UHGV virus genome: UHGV-1366123
Length of the DNA stretch: 64,000 nt
Direction: 5' to 3' (one strand)
Origin: a virus
The notes below the pieces were generated by a model that saw only the letters and a list, made by a program, of their open reading frames with translations, made no database searches and was not told the origin of the DNA. The first letter of the stretch is position 1; every line of letters begins with the position of its first letter. The position numbers and the translations under genes are program-made. Shown here one piece after another: positions 41,662 through 52,097 of the stretch.

Positions 41662-42956
41662 TGACTAACAGTGAAGACAATCGACCATAATGAAAAACAA
41701 TGACTAAAAATGGTCGAATTAAAGGAAGGTACTTTCCTTGTCCTCGAAGTGACTCAAGAATATGAAAATAGCGGAAACTATACTCAAGCTCAAGGAAAGT
41801 ACCTTCCTGTAATCAGAAGAGGTATTCTGTAAGACTATGGGCTATCGTCGGGAGACAATGGACTATTTCGAAGGATTATGAGAGGATAATCAAAGACTAT
41901 GGAAAGACAATGGCTGATTATTGAAAGACAATGGCTGATTATTGAAAGACTATCGATCATAATCAAAGACAATGAAGGATTGTCGTCTTTGTGTCTTCCT
42001 TGTCTTCAAACTTATCAAATGGGGTGAAAGTAGCTCCAAGTATCTTCAAGTTCAAGGAAAGTACCTTCTTGTAATCAGAAGAGTACTTTTGTCCAATGAT
42101 GGGTTGATAATGAAAGACAATGATGATTATCAAAGGACTATTGAAAGACTATCGACTGTTTTCTTGGTACTTTCCTTGTCCTCGAAGCTATTCAAGAATA
42201 TGAAAATAGCGGAAAGTGTATCAGAATGCAAGGAAAGTACCTTCCTGTAATCAGAAGAGTATTTTTGAACAATTATGGGTTATTGTCGGAAGACAGTAGA
42301 TTATTTCGAATGATTATCAAAGACTATGAAAAGACGATGACTATGAAAAGACAGTCAATCATAATCGAAAGACAATGGACGATTATTGATTAATCATTGA
42401 AGACTTTGAAGGATTGTGGAATGACTATGAAGACAATGGACGATTGTTGAAAAATTCTCAAAAGACTATGAAGGATCATTGAAAGACTATGACGATTGTT
42501 GAAAATTCTCAAAGACTATGAAAAATTCTCAAAGACTTGGATTCTTGGACTAATAGTCAGACTAATTCTTGGAGATTATTCGGCTCAGTTGTCGACAAAC
42601 TGCGTGCTTATTCGTGTGTATTCCCGTGTGTATTCCCGAGTGTATACTCGTATACGCATGCGGTATTTCAAATTATCTGGAAAAGTAAATGCGAAGCATT
42701 TACAACTGGTTTGGAGAACAAACTATGCACGCTAGTGCATAGGTTTCTTCCAAACCATACATTGAGCGCAGAAATATCTTTATTTCTCAGATTAAAAATC
42801 TCCAGTTTAAACGATTGGTACCGCCAGCGTGTTAGGTGACACGCACGTAAAACTGTAGGAATTCCTGCGCTCACGTATGAAACTTTAAAAAACGTACACG
42901 TAAAACTTTAAAAAGATCCAACAATTAACATTCTTTAACATAACCTATCACCTCTC
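41662..42956. repeat. 1.3-kb non-coding repeat region: two ~450-bp tandem units, each a palindrome-pair module followed by an AAGAC(T/A)ATG(G/A) iteron array, then CGTGTGTATTCC direct repeats and palindromes ctatgcacgctagtgcatag, ggtttggagaa/ttcttccaaacc
   Basis: Iteron spacings 11, 21, 21, 20 bp counted directly; no credible ORF. Confidence 0.75.
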
Positions 42957-44273
42957 TTGATTATAGGAATTGTGAATAGACATCATCCGACATCAACTTC
43001 ATCTACTCATCTACTCATCTACTCATCAACTGATCAATTAATCAGACAACTCTACAACGAATTCCAACAAATGATCCTTGAGATAGAACTTAACCACTCA
43101 TCCTTGAAGAAGGGACAGAATGTTACGGAAGAGGACATTCTTATGGAAATATCTCGACTTGAGAGAGAAGCAAGTTATCAGTCCACAATTAACAAAGTCT
43201 CGAAAGTTGCTCTCAATTCAATCTATGGTGTTCTTGGTTATCACTCATTTATCCTTTACGACAGAGAAATTGCAAGATCGGTTTCGGAGCAATCTTCTCA
43301 CGTGATCCGTTACACCATTCTCTTCTTCAATAGGTATTTCCAACAGAGATTCCCAAATCATAGGGAACTACACGCAAAGATGGGGATTACAAAGTGTGAT
43401 CCGATCGATTTCAATGCGGTGAACTATGCTGACACTGATTCCGTGTTTATCCGTTACAAGGACATCATGGACAAGACCGATTACAAGGGGACTCTCGAGG
43501 AATTCGTCTTTGATATCGGTTCGTATGATCTCAATGATTGTGTCAAAGATATGCTCGAAGGCTATATTCGAAAGTTCAACGGATTCCAACAGAAGATCGA
43601 TGGACAACGTTCAATGAAGCTTGCTTTTGAAATGATCTGTCATAATGTCTTGTGGACATCGAAGAAGAAGTACATCAAGAATATCTCTTGGGAAGAAGGT
43701 GTTTATTTCAAGCCACTTGAAAACGTAGAAGTTAAAGGTCTCGACATTAACAAGAGTTCAACGCCAAAGTTTGTTCGAGAACTTCTCCGTGAGACAGTCC
43801 ACTACATCTTGCAACATAGAGAACTCAACCTTCGAGATTTCATCGACCACGTCAAGATGCAAAAATCAAAGTTCGAAAGTGCAAACGTGGAAGACGTTGC
43901 AATCTCTCAGAGAGTTAATGGTTATGAGAAATATGTGATAACTGCAAAAGATGGTGTCTTCGAATACGTCAAAGGTGTAACAATTCAGATCAGAGCTTCG
44001 AGTGTTTATAACGCAGAACTTGCAAAATCGAAGTACAAGCACAAATATCAACAGATCAGATCGGGGATGAAGATTCAGTACTACTATTCAACAGATCCTC
44101 GTAGTGATGTTTTCGCATTTGTCAACGGTGATCCTTGCTATGAGTTCCTTTATCCAATCGATTATTCTAAGCAGTTCGAAATGCTTTATCTTTCACCACT
44201 TAACAAGATAATCACATCGATTGGTGTACAAGCACTGCCTGTTTCATTGATCGCTTTCGATCCACTTTGGTAA
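42957..44273 (+). CDS. family B DNA polymerase, C-terminal (palm/thumb) portion only; likely start ATG 43071
   Basis: Motif B KVALNSIYGVLG, motif C YADTDSVFI, KKKY motif; no exonuclease domain or motif A in-frame upstream; 42957 is a TTG ORF-opening and the first 38 codons are a low-complexity tandem 9-bp repeat. Confidence 0.75.
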   Translation: MIIGIVNRHHPTSTSSTHLLIYSSTDQLIRQLYNEFQQMILEIELNHSSLKKGQNVTEEDILMEISRLEREASYQSTINKVSKVALNSIYGVLGYHSFILYDREIARSVSEQSSHVIRYTILFFNRYFQQRFPNHRELHAKMGITKCDPIDFNAVNYADTDSVFIRYKDIMDKTDYKGTLEEFVFDIGSYDLNDCVKDMLEGYIRKFNGFQQKIDGQRSMKLAFEMICHNVLWTSKKKYIKNISWEEGVYFKPLENVEVKGLDINKSSTPKFVRELLRETVHYILQHRELNLRDFIDHVKMQKSKFESANVEDVAISQRVNGYEKYVITAKDGVFEYVKGVTIQIRASSVYNAELAKSKYKHKYQQIRSGMKIQYYYSTDPRSDVFAFVNGDPCYEFLYPIDYSKQFEMLYLSPLNKIITSIGVQALPVSLIAFDPLW

Positions 44274-44280
44274 AAGACAA

Positions 44281-45093
44281 ATGAGAACTTTAAACTTTGT
44301 CTATGGTTGTGATGTCTTTGGAAAGAAGGAAGGGACTTGCGGAGATCCATTTGACGATTCAATCATAGTTCCCACGGAAAAGTCATCTTGTCCATATTGC
44401 TACGTCCGTTACAAGATGTTCCCAGCCCGTGGTTATGCCGATCAGTTTTTCCTACAACCAAAGATAAACGTTCGACACCTCCGAGATTTCATAAGTCCAT
44501 CAGAGGTCTCTGAAATCTACATCGGTTCGATAATGGGTGACTTTTTAAGTCCATCGATCGAAGACAAGGACATAGCTCAAGTCTTTGACACTTTCGGAGA
44601 TTTCCCACAACACGTCTTCTTTCTCTTGTCGAAGAATGCTGGAAGGTACTACAAATTCCTCCGAGACTACTATCAGAAACCGCTCCCAGATAACGTCATA
44701 ATTGGAACATCTGTGGAAAATGATGGCTTTCGTCATAGAGTGGATCTTCTGCGAGCATCTTTGAAGATTTCTCCAAACACAAGACTTTGGTTGGAAATTG
44801 AACCTCTTCTTGGATTTCATACAAAGACTGATTTCTCGGGGATTGAGTATGTTTCATGTTCTGCGCTTGGTCAAGATCAAATCTACTACCAGAATGGGAA
44901 ACGATTTCCGTGGGTCTTCCGTGAAGAATGGATGCAATCGATAATCGATAACGATACACTTGATAAAGAGAATCTGTCGATTTATCACAATATCAAAAAT
45001 CTCTGCACGTCCCCGATAATAAGAGATTGGGAGAATCCGAACCTCTATGAAAGGTTCTTCCACAAATCTCAAAAAGAAGAAACACTATGGTAA
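44281..45093 (+). CDS. hypothetical Cys-containing protein (270 aa)
   Basis: ORF; N-terminal C-x5..-SCPYC cluster. Confidence 0.5.
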   Translation: MRTLNFVYGCDVFGKKEGTCGDPFDDSIIVPTEKSSCPYCYVRYKMFPARGYADQFFLQPKINVRHLRDFISPSEVSEIYIGSIMGDFLSPSIEDKDIAQVFDTFGDFPQHVFFLLSKNAGRYYKFLRDYYQKPLPDNVIIGTSVENDGFRHRVDLLRASLKISPNTRLWLEIEPLLGFHTKTDFSGIEYVSCSALGQDQIYYQNGKRFPWVFREEWMQSIIDNDTLDKENLSIYHNIKNLCTSPIIRDWENPNLYERFFHKSQKEETLW

Positions 45094-45701
45094 AAATCGT
45101 CTACCTTTCAAGTTTGAAGTCATACGTGGCGAAGATCGGTGATAGATTCTTCACAGTCCGTATCGACATGGACAGATTCAACGACTACAACCCCTGTATC
45201 GACAAGAAGAAGTTCCTTTCATGTGCAGGATCTATCGAATATATCGGAGGTGTGGCAATTGTCGTTCCAATGATCAAACTTCTCGTAGAGAGAAGAGACG
45301 GAACAAAGACCTCTTCGAGATTTCTTTACAGATTGAGCTTTTCTGAAGAATCGTTTGACGAAATGATTGATAACTATCTTTTCACACTTCTGGAAATCTA
45401 CGTTACCGAAACAATTCCTTATTCCGATCTTTGGAAGTTCGAAGATGAGATAGTAGTCACTTCGGGAATTGGTGAAATGTTGTCAGTTATCGGCTTCAAT
45501 GAAAATGGAAAGCGGATCTCTGAAGGCTTCGTAAACTTTGAAAACCTCAGAACACCACAGATTTTCAAGTACTCTTCAGACATCATTGTTATCGACAGAC
45601 ATGGCAAAGACTTGAAAATCATCGTGAATGGTCTTCTTGTCGAAAGTACAAAGATGACAGTTTCCAGCATTTACAACAACGAATACCTCAACTTTAAGTA
45701 A
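45087..45701 (+). CDS. hypothetical protein (204 aa)
   Basis: ORF. Confidence 0.5.
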   Translation: MVKIVYLSSLKSYVAKIGDRFFTVRIDMDRFNDYNPCIDKKKFLSCAGSIEYIGGVAIVVPMIKLLVERRDGTKTSSRFLYRLSFSEESFDEMIDNYLFTLLEIYVTETIPYSDLWKFEDEIVVTSGIGEMLSVIGFNENGKRISEGFVNFENLRTPQIFKYSSDIIVIDRHGKDLKIIVNGLLVESTKMTVSSIYNNEYLNFK

Positions 45702-45712
45702 ACAGATAGACC

Positions 45713-46336
45713 ATGCCCAAACTAGTACTCGTAAAACTCAGACACGATAACAAGACCATAAGAACCTATGCTGTTTTGAAAGATGGTCAGTACTACGTTG
45801 TTGTCTTTGATGGTAAAAAGTTCAACGAGAAAAGATACTCTCTTGACGGCAAGTTCTGTTTGTTATTGGAAGATTATCTTGATGGGAATTTCGTCTTCTC
45901 AAGAACACTTGGAAGAGTGGTCTATGATGATGACAGTCGTGACATCTTCAGATCACAGAAGATCCTCGACAGAGTAGACATTTCGGAGGAAGTGTTTGAA
46001 AAAATGATAATCGATGAGATCATTTCTCTTGAAATGATTAAGAAGACTGATATCATCGACGATTCTTATTGGAAATTCCAAAAATCAGTCATTCTCAAAG
46101 CTGTTACAGGTAAACATTACCTCTTAGTGGAATACAAGGATGAAACAGATGGTTATTCATCATCCAAGCTTCACTACCACTATGGCAAGAACGTGGAAAT
46201 GGTCTCCGAAGGTAGAAATATTTCGATCGAACTTGACTATGCTTGTATCAAAAACATGCTTGTCGACGGAAATATAAAAGAGGAGGTTGAGGTGTCGACT
46301 TCAACCATTCTTTCAACCAGTGATTTTTTAATTTAG
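45713..46336 (+). CDS. hypothetical protein (207 aa)
   Basis: ORF. Confidence 0.5.
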   Translation: MPKLVLVKLRHDNKTIRTYAVLKDGQYYVVVFDGKKFNEKRYSLDGKFCLLLEDYLDGNFVFSRTLGRVVYDDDSRDIFRSQKILDRVDISEEVFEKMIIDEIISLEMIKKTDIIDDSYWKFQKSVILKAVTGKHYLLVEYKDETDGYSSSKLHYHYGKNVEMVSEGRNISIELDYACIKNMLVDGNIKEEVEVSTSTILSTSDFLI

Positions 46337-46349
46337 AATCTGTGAAAAT

Positions 46350-46682
46350 ATGACTACACTGCTGGATGACTACTTCTCTGTGAAAGACTACACTCGGAGA
46401 ATGTTCAAGATCCATAACAAGATTCCAATGTCATACTTCTCAAAGAAGAAGACTGATGAGGAATTCGAACTGATAATCGAAATCTATAACAGACTAAAGG
46501 AACTACCAACTTACATCTACAACGACATGGAAGATGGTGAAAATGTCGACATTGCGATTGATGACAGATTCGGAGATCTTTTAGAAATTGTAGAAGAAGA
46601 TCCAATGAACCTTAAAAACATCGATCATTACAGGGAAATGTTGACACTTCTTGACACCTTGGAAGATCAGATCATAGCTTAA
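46350..46682 (+). CDS. hypothetical acidic protein (110 aa)
   Basis: ORF. Confidence 0.45.
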   Translation: MTTLLDDYFSVKDYTRRMFKIHNKIPMSYFSKKKTDEEFELIIEIYNRLKELPTYIYNDMEDGENVDIAIDDRFGDLLEIVEEDPMNLKNIDHYREMLTLLDTLEDQIIA

Positions 46683-46708
46683 AGAAGAAGGGAAAACAAA
46701 AGAAGAAA

Positions 46709-46739
46709 CGGTCATCTTGTCGTAAAGATAAGATGACCG
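46709..46739 (+). terminator. Stem-loop cggtcatcttgtc...gataagatgaccg
   Basis: Inverted repeat after stop 46682. Confidence 0.45.
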
Positions 46740-46809
46740 AAACATTACTAAGTAATCAATCGCAAACAATCACAAACAACAAATAAAGATCAATCTCAAT
46801 TAAACGATT

Positions 46810-48213
46810 ATGAACATCTTCGAAGCATTCAACGAAACGAGAACGACGAATGGCGACAGAGCTTATAAGAGGTACATCGGAAATCCTTATGTCGATTTCT
46901 TGTTCAGACTTCAAAAGATCCGTGAAATCGCAAAGTACAAGGGACTTGCAGAAGTGGAGAAACTGATAATAGTCGATTATCCCGAGTTCCTTGAGAAGAG
47001 TGAGTTCAACCGCTTCTTCTCAATGTACATCAGAGATCCTCGTATGGGGATTGGTGAAAGAGAAATCGGTCGTGTTCTCTTGAAAATTCAGAACATTTCG
47101 ATCGATGATGTCATCGAAATCGGTCGTGCCGACGATATTCTCTTCACTCATTCCCCAAAAGAAGTCGTGGGTTATATCAAGGAAGCTATGGACAACGATT
47201 CCATTCGTGGCAACTATGAACTTCTGAAAAAGTGGCTTCCACGTGAGAGATCCAAGAAGTTCAAGATCATCAGAAACGAACTTCGTAGACAGAAGATTTC
47301 GAAGACAATCTACAGAGGATGGTGCGCATCACCCATGACTGTTGAAGCAGTCAGATCACGTGGTGAATTCCCAGATGATTACTCACATGTTCCTTCACTT
47401 TCTATGCTTCGACATAAGAAGGAATTCTTCAAGGATGAAAACTTCAAGAAGTATCTCGAGGAACTCAAGTCTGGGAAAACCAAGATCAATCAGTCCGTTT
47501 CTACACCATACGACATCTTGAGATCATATCGAAACACCGCCTTCAGTGGCTTTGATTATCGTTATACTGCATATGACGGAAAGGTGAATCCCAGTGAGAA
47601 GGGAATGGAACACGACACGTTCTATACAGAAGCTTTCAAGGCTTTGGGTTCGATGAACTTCGGCAAGATCATCCCAATCATCGATGGTTCTGGATCAATG
47701 TTCGACAGATACGACTCGATAGGTAAGGCTCGTTCAATTGGTCACTACGTTGCTCGCCATTCAGATTATCTTCCAAATCACTTCATCGTCTTCTCGGACG
47801 ATTCTCGGATTATGAAGTTGACTAAGGATGAAGACTTCTCCTATGTTCGGGATATGGCGATCATGGAATCGTTTGGTGACTGTACTAACACGAACTTTGA
47901 AGCAGTTTTACGTAATCTGAACAACGTGACAGCAGATCTTCCCGATTATGTCCTTGTTCTCAGTGATATGCAGTTTGACGATTCTTATGATAGAAACGAA
48001 ACACATCTTGATACGCTCAATCAGAAGGGTGTGAAGATGATCTGGTGGAATCTCTCAGTGGACAACGTCACATTACCGACTGTAAGCAAAGATGGGAACG
48101 TCTTCGTCAGTGGTTATTCACCTCAGATTCTGTCGATGCTTTCTGGAGAGTTCGATGCGGAATCCTACGTAACAAAGCTCATCGAAGACTATAAGAAAAA
48201 GAGAAGTAGATAG
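46810..48213 (+). CDS. vWA-domain protein with N-terminal TROVE/DUF2828-like region (467 aa); Ro60-like architecture
   Basis: MIDAS motif IIPIIDGSGSM, downstream TNTNFEAVL and VLVLSDMQFDD typical of vWA. Confidence 0.6.
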   Translation: MNIFEAFNETRTTNGDRAYKRYIGNPYVDFLFRLQKIREIAKYKGLAEVEKLIIVDYPEFLEKSEFNRFFSMYIRDPRMGIGEREIGRVLLKIQNISIDDVIEIGRADDILFTHSPKEVVGYIKEAMDNDSIRGNYELLKKWLPRERSKKFKIIRNELRRQKISKTIYRGWCASPMTVEAVRSRGEFPDDYSHVPSLSMLRHKKEFFKDENFKKYLEELKSGKTKINQSVSTPYDILRSYRNTAFSGFDYRYTAYDGKVNPSEKGMEHDTFYTEAFKALGSMNFGKIIPIIDGSGSMFDRYDSIGKARSIGHYVARHSDYLPNHFIVFSDDSRIMKLTKDEDFSYVRDMAIMESFGDCTNTNFEAVLRNLNNVTADLPDYVLVLSDMQFDDSYDRNETHLDTLNQKGVKMIWWNLSVDNVTLPTVSKDGNVFVSGYSPQILSMLSGEFDAESYVTKLIEDYKKKRSR

Positions 48214-48242
48214 TTGCTATTCTTTATTTTAGTTTGTGCCCG

Positions 48243-48277
48243 AGACCTCACCTTCGATATAAGAAAGGTGAGGTCTT
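48243..48277 (+). terminator. Stem-loop agacctcacctt...aaggtgaggtct
   Basis: 12-bp stem. Confidence 0.5.
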
Positions 48278-48339
48278 AACATATAAGAACAATAACAATC
48301 ATCAACAATAACAATCAAAGACAATAACAATCAAAGACA

Positions 48340-49125
48340 ATGCAAACTTATCTCGATTTGCTCAAGTACGTTCTTGAAAATGGAACAGAAAGAACTGACA
48401 GAACTGGAACTGGAACAATCTCCGTGTTTGGTCATCAAGTGGAATATGACGTAAGTGAAAAGTTCCCAATACTCACCACGAAGAGAATCCACATGAGAAG
48501 TGTCATTATGGAACTTGCTTGGATGCTCAAAGGTGATACCAACGTGAAGTTCTTAAGAGACAATGGTGTGACGATCTGGGATGAATGGGCAGATGAAAAC
48601 GGAGATCTCGGAAAGATCTACGGAAAGCAATGGAGAGATTTCGGAGGGATTGATCAAATCAAGGATATCATCGACCAAATCAAGAACAACCCAGATTCAC
48701 GAAGAATAATCGTCTCGGCTTGGAATCCTGCAGAACTCTCGGAAATGGCACTTCCTCCTTGTCATTGCTTCTTCCAGTTCTACGTCGAAGGTGACCGACT
48801 ATCCTTGAAGCTTTATCAAAGATCTGCTGATCTCTTCTTGGGTGTTCCATTTAACCTTGCACAATACTCACTCTTGCTTTACATTGTTGCAAAGATCTGT
48901 GGAAAGAAACCTCATCGTTTTATCCACTCGTTTGGAGATCTTCATATCTACAAGAATCACTTGGATCAAGTAAAGCTCCAACTATCGAGAAAACCATACG
49001 AACTCGCAGAGGTAAAAATCGTGGGAGATATCGACATTGATAATATCTCCGCAAATCTCATCGATCAAATCGAAATCAAGAACTACGTTCATCATCCCAC
49101 AATCAAGGCGGATGTGAGTGTTTAA
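48340..49125 (+). CDS. thyA: thymidylate synthase
   Basis: Near full-length identity pattern to ThyA: DRTGTGT, catalytic [22 protein letters not shown]. Confidence 0.95.
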   Translation: MQTYLDLLKYVLENGTERTDRTGTGTISVFGHQVEYDVSEKFPILTTKRIHMRSVIMELAWMLKGDTNVKFLRDNGVTIWDEWADENGDLGKIYGKQWRDFGGIDQIKDIIDQIKNNPDSRRIIVSAWNPAELSEMALPPCHCFFQFYVEGDRLSLKLYQRSADLFLGVPFNLAQYSLLLYIVAKICGKKPHRFIHSFGDLHIYKNHLDQVKLQLSRKPYELAEVKIVGDIDIDNISANLIDQIEIKNYVHHPTIKADVSV

Positions 49126-49140
49126 AAACTCAAGCAAGCT

Positions 49141-50136
49141 ATGCAGAAAAACTCGGAACAATGCAGAACAATGCAGAAAAAATTCGGAGCAATGTGGAAA
49201 AAACTGAAGGTGGAATTCGTCGCATATGTCGGCAAGTCCTTGTGTGTCAACGATTATACGAATCCGTTCACAGATGAGAAGTACAGAGAATCACTGAGAA
49301 AGTTGATAAATGACACTCGTGAAGGTGCGATTATTCTTATGGACGGAGAGTACTTCGAAATGATGGAAAGATCAAACTTTAGAGTTCCGTCGATTGTTCT
49401 CTTTGATTTTCAACACAAAGACACCAAAGATACGAAGTTCATCTGTTCATACAGTCAACTTTGTGATTTCCTTCGTGGGAGAAACGAGAAGGTCTTCGTT
49501 ATAGGTGGATACGACACATGGGCATCGCTTGTTCAGTACGTCTCCAAAATCCACTTCCTCGTCACTGATGAGAAATGGAACGAGGAAATGACAAGACCAT
49601 TCTTGGATGATGTTCATAAAGTGTGTAAGATAACAAACTACTCAGAATTCCCTAACGGAATAATCCACCAAGAACGTGAATTTGCAGACAATGTTGTGAT
49701 TTGCAACAGTTATGTTTCTAAAGACAAAGGATGTGAACTTTACTGTTGGGATGTTCTTTCACATGTGAATTCTGAAGGTGAACCTGTAAACAGAATACTT
49801 TCGAATGGTGTATCGACAATCGTCGGAGGAGGTGATACGATTTCGATCGTTACAGATTTCAAGATGTACAGAATACCGCCCACAACTGATATCCGTGTTG
49901 TGGAAAATCCTCGTTTCCGTTCGCTTGGTGTTGTTATGCAGTCGTGTAAAATCTCTGGTGGCGACATTATCATTTCTTTTACCAACAACTCACCACACCG
50001 TGTTATGTTGGACTATAAGAAAGTGGTTGCTAATATTCACATAATCGGAGACTACAAACTCATAGGTTGTAATAACGATTTCTCAGAGAATATGGAAACC
50101 AGCAAATGGGGAACTAAACTGATCAAACACTCATAA
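49141..50136 (+). CDS. degenerate DHFR-like domain fused to dUTPase-like beta-barrel domain (paralog 1, 331 aa)
   Basis: GAIILMDGEYFE...VPSIVLF and KVFVIGGYDTWASL resemble DHFR; C-terminal VTDFKMYRIPPTT...SGGDIIISF..VMLDYKKVVANIHII aligns with paralogs. Confidence 0.55.
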   Translation: MQKNSEQCRTMQKKFGAMWKKLKVEFVAYVGKSLCVNDYTNPFTDEKYRESLRKLINDTREGAIILMDGEYFEMMERSNFRVPSIVLFDFQHKDTKDTKFICSYSQLCDFLRGRNEKVFVIGGYDTWASLVQYVSKIHFLVTDEKWNEEMTRPFLDDVHKVCKITNYSEFPNGIIHQEREFADNVVICNSYVSKDKGCELYCWDVLSHVNSEGEPVNRILSNGVSTIVGGGDTISIVTDFKMYRIPPTTDIRVVENPRFRSLGVVMQSCKISGGDIIISFTNNSPHRVMLDYKKVVANIHIIGDYKLIGCNNDFSENMETSKWGTKLIKHS

Positions 50137-50155
50137 GAACAATCACAAACAAAAG

Positions 50156-51214
50156 ATGAAGAAGAACAAGACCGAAATCGAAATGATCCTATTTGTCAAT
50201 GACAAAGGCAAGACAGTCAACGCCCAGAAGTTGTTATCTTCACCCTCCGAAAGTGATCTTCGAGACTATATCGGAAAGATTACAACTGGGAACATCATCG
50301 TCTTTGATGAGGACACGTGTTCTACACTTATCGCTCCATTACCAAACAGAATCTGTGTTGTAATTACCCAGAACAAGGACTTCAATCGTGAAGGGTTTGT
50401 TCGTGTAGAATCTATCCGAGATTTCATCGACATGCTCGGTACGAAGTTCGACAGATATCGTGATGTTTACGTAATGGTCGACAACATTCACATCGCAAGA
50501 AGCTTCATGGGTCATGTCGATAGAGTGAAGATGGTGGAAGTCAAAGGATCAAAGAACCACGACAGATACGAACTCTCTGATGTTCCTTACAAGACAATCA
50601 CTGATATTCGTCGATCTTCGAACGTTGTCGGTGAATACTCTCTCAATGATCTCGTAAAAATCATTGATTATGAGTTTAAAGACAACGTCTTCATGTGCAC
50701 AGCAAGTGTTGATGGCTTTGGATGTTGTGGTGTCTGTGCACGAGAACCAAGAATCCATGTCGACAGCTTTGGTGAAACTGTGAGAAGAAAGTCGGACTGT
50801 CGTGAATCCATAGTCCTTCACAAAGGTGATAGAGTTTTCATGAAGACTGATATCGAGATTTACAGAATTCCCAAGAACGTTTATGTCGATATCAAGACAA
50901 TCTTACATGGCTTTATCTGTAACGGAATCTCTGTGGAATCGTCGAGTATCGCTGACGGTGTCGTCTGTGTTGGACTGATAAACATGGGATCGAAGCCTGT
51001 CACCATTCACAAGGATCAAACAATTGCCATAATGGCGGTCAGAGGTGATCATGAGTTCTTGAAAGTAGAGCATAAAGACTTCCCACGTGAAAAAGTCGAT
51101 GGGTGGAATAACTTCGAACGTGAAGACGAAGATGAAAATCGTCGACCACTAAAGGATGAGTGTTGTGTGGGTAGTATAATGGAACGTTGTGAAGACAGCG
51201 ATTATGACTTTTAA
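50156..51214 (+). CDS. degenerate DHFR-like domain fused to dUTPase-like domain (paralog 2, 352 aa)
   Basis: GNIIVFDEDTCSTLIAPLPNRICVVITQN resembles DHFR; C-terminal KTDIEIYRIPKN...IADGVVCVGLINMGSKPVTIHKDQTIAIMAV resembles dUTPase motifs III-IV. Confidence 0.55.
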   Translation: MKKNKTEIEMILFVNDKGKTVNAQKLLSSPSESDLRDYIGKITTGNIIVFDEDTCSTLIAPLPNRICVVITQNKDFNREGFVRVESIRDFIDMLGTKFDRYRDVYVMVDNIHIARSFMGHVDRVKMVEVKGSKNHDRYELSDVPYKTITDIRRSSNVVGEYSLNDLVKIIDYEFKDNVFMCTASVDGFGCCGVCAREPRIHVDSFGETVRRKSDCRESIVLHKGDRVFMKTDIEIYRIPKNVYVDIKTILHGFICNGISVESSSIADGVVCVGLINMGSKPVTIHKDQTIAIMAVRGDHEFLKVEHKDFPREKVDGWNNFEREDEDENRRPLKDECCVGSIMERCEDSDYDF

Positions 51215-51227
51215 AGAATAATCGATT

Positions 51228-52097
51228 ATGCCAGTAAAGTTTATAGCTTGTACAGATAAGAACTTCGCTGTTGGAAACGATAGCAAACTTCTGTTCAGAA
51301 TTCGAGAAGATATGAAGCTGTTCCGTGAGCTGACGATGGGAAGCATTGTCGTCATGGGCAGGAAGACCTTCGAAGAGATCGGAAAGCCACTTGAAGGTAG
51401 AATAAACATTGTTCTATCAAGATCGGACATTTCTATTGGAGGTGTTCACGTTTTCCGATCGATGGAAGAATTGAAAGCTTTCTGCATGACATCTGAAAAT
51501 CGACAGAAAGATGTCTTTGTGATTGGTGGTGCAGAAATGTGGGAACTCTTTAGAAGATATGTTTCACAGATCCACCTCACGAAAGTCCCAGATGACTGTC
51601 CCGAATACGACACCGTCTTCCCTCATGATCTCTTGACGGCTTTCACACTCGTTCATAAGAATCAGATCGGCATCTATGAAAAGAACTATCAACCGATTGT
51701 CCATGAAGTCTATGACAGACAGAAGGATGTGACGGTTATGAACCGCAAGAATGATAAGCTCGTACCTTTGAGATTTGTCGATGTTCTTGAATATGTCGGT
51801 GATAAACCATCAACGATTCTTAAAGACGATTCAGTGAAGATACTTGCAAATGACAGAATCGCTGTAAAAACTGATCTTCGTGTTTATGAACTTCCTTTAG
51901 ACACGCTTGTCAGTGTGGATGTCGTTCCATCAGTTTTTATGGACAACGGACTGATGATTGCAGGTTGGGATATCTTTGATGATGACTTTATCGTTTACAT
52001 GACACTGATTGGAAAGAAGTCGATTTCACTGAAACGTGGTGATATCATAGCAGACGTTAATTTCTATTCTCGTCATCCTCTGATTTACGCCCCATAA
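51228..52097 (+). CDS. folA: dihydrofolate reductase fused to C-terminal dUTPase-like domain (paralog 3, 289 aa)
   Basis: IVVMGRKTFEEIGKPLEGRINIVLSR and DVFVIGGAEMWELF...IHLTKVPDDCPEYDTVFP are canonical DHFR; C-terminal KTDLRVYELPLDT...GWDIFDDDFIVYMTLIGKKSISLKRGDIIADV. Confidence 0.85.
   Translation: MPVKFIACTDKNFAVGNDSKLLFRIREDMKLFRELTMGSIVVMGRKTFEEIGKPLEGRINIVLSRSDISIGGVHVFRSMEELKAFCMTSENRQKDVFVIGGAEMWELFRRYVSQIHLTKVPDDCPEYDTVFPHDLLTAFTLVHKNQIGIYEKNYQPIVHEVYDRQKDVTVMNRKNDKLVPLRFVDVLEYVGDKPSTILKDDSVKILANDRIAVKTDLRVYELPLDTLVSVDVVPSVFMDNGLMIAGWDIFDDDFIVYMTLIGKKSISLKRGDIIADVNFYSRHPLIYAP

Noticed and set aside
41972-42839. Short ORFs (92, 79, 100 aa) within the 1.3-kb repeat region
   Set aside because: They lie across tandem repeats and palindromes and have no start context or conservation logic; the region is treated as non-coding.
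42957-43070. N-terminal extension MIIGIVNRHHPTSTSSTHLLIYSS of the polB ORF
   Set aside because: It opens with TTG and is encoded by a 9-bp tandem repeat (tcatctact x3) in low-complexity leader; the true start is more likely ATG 43071.
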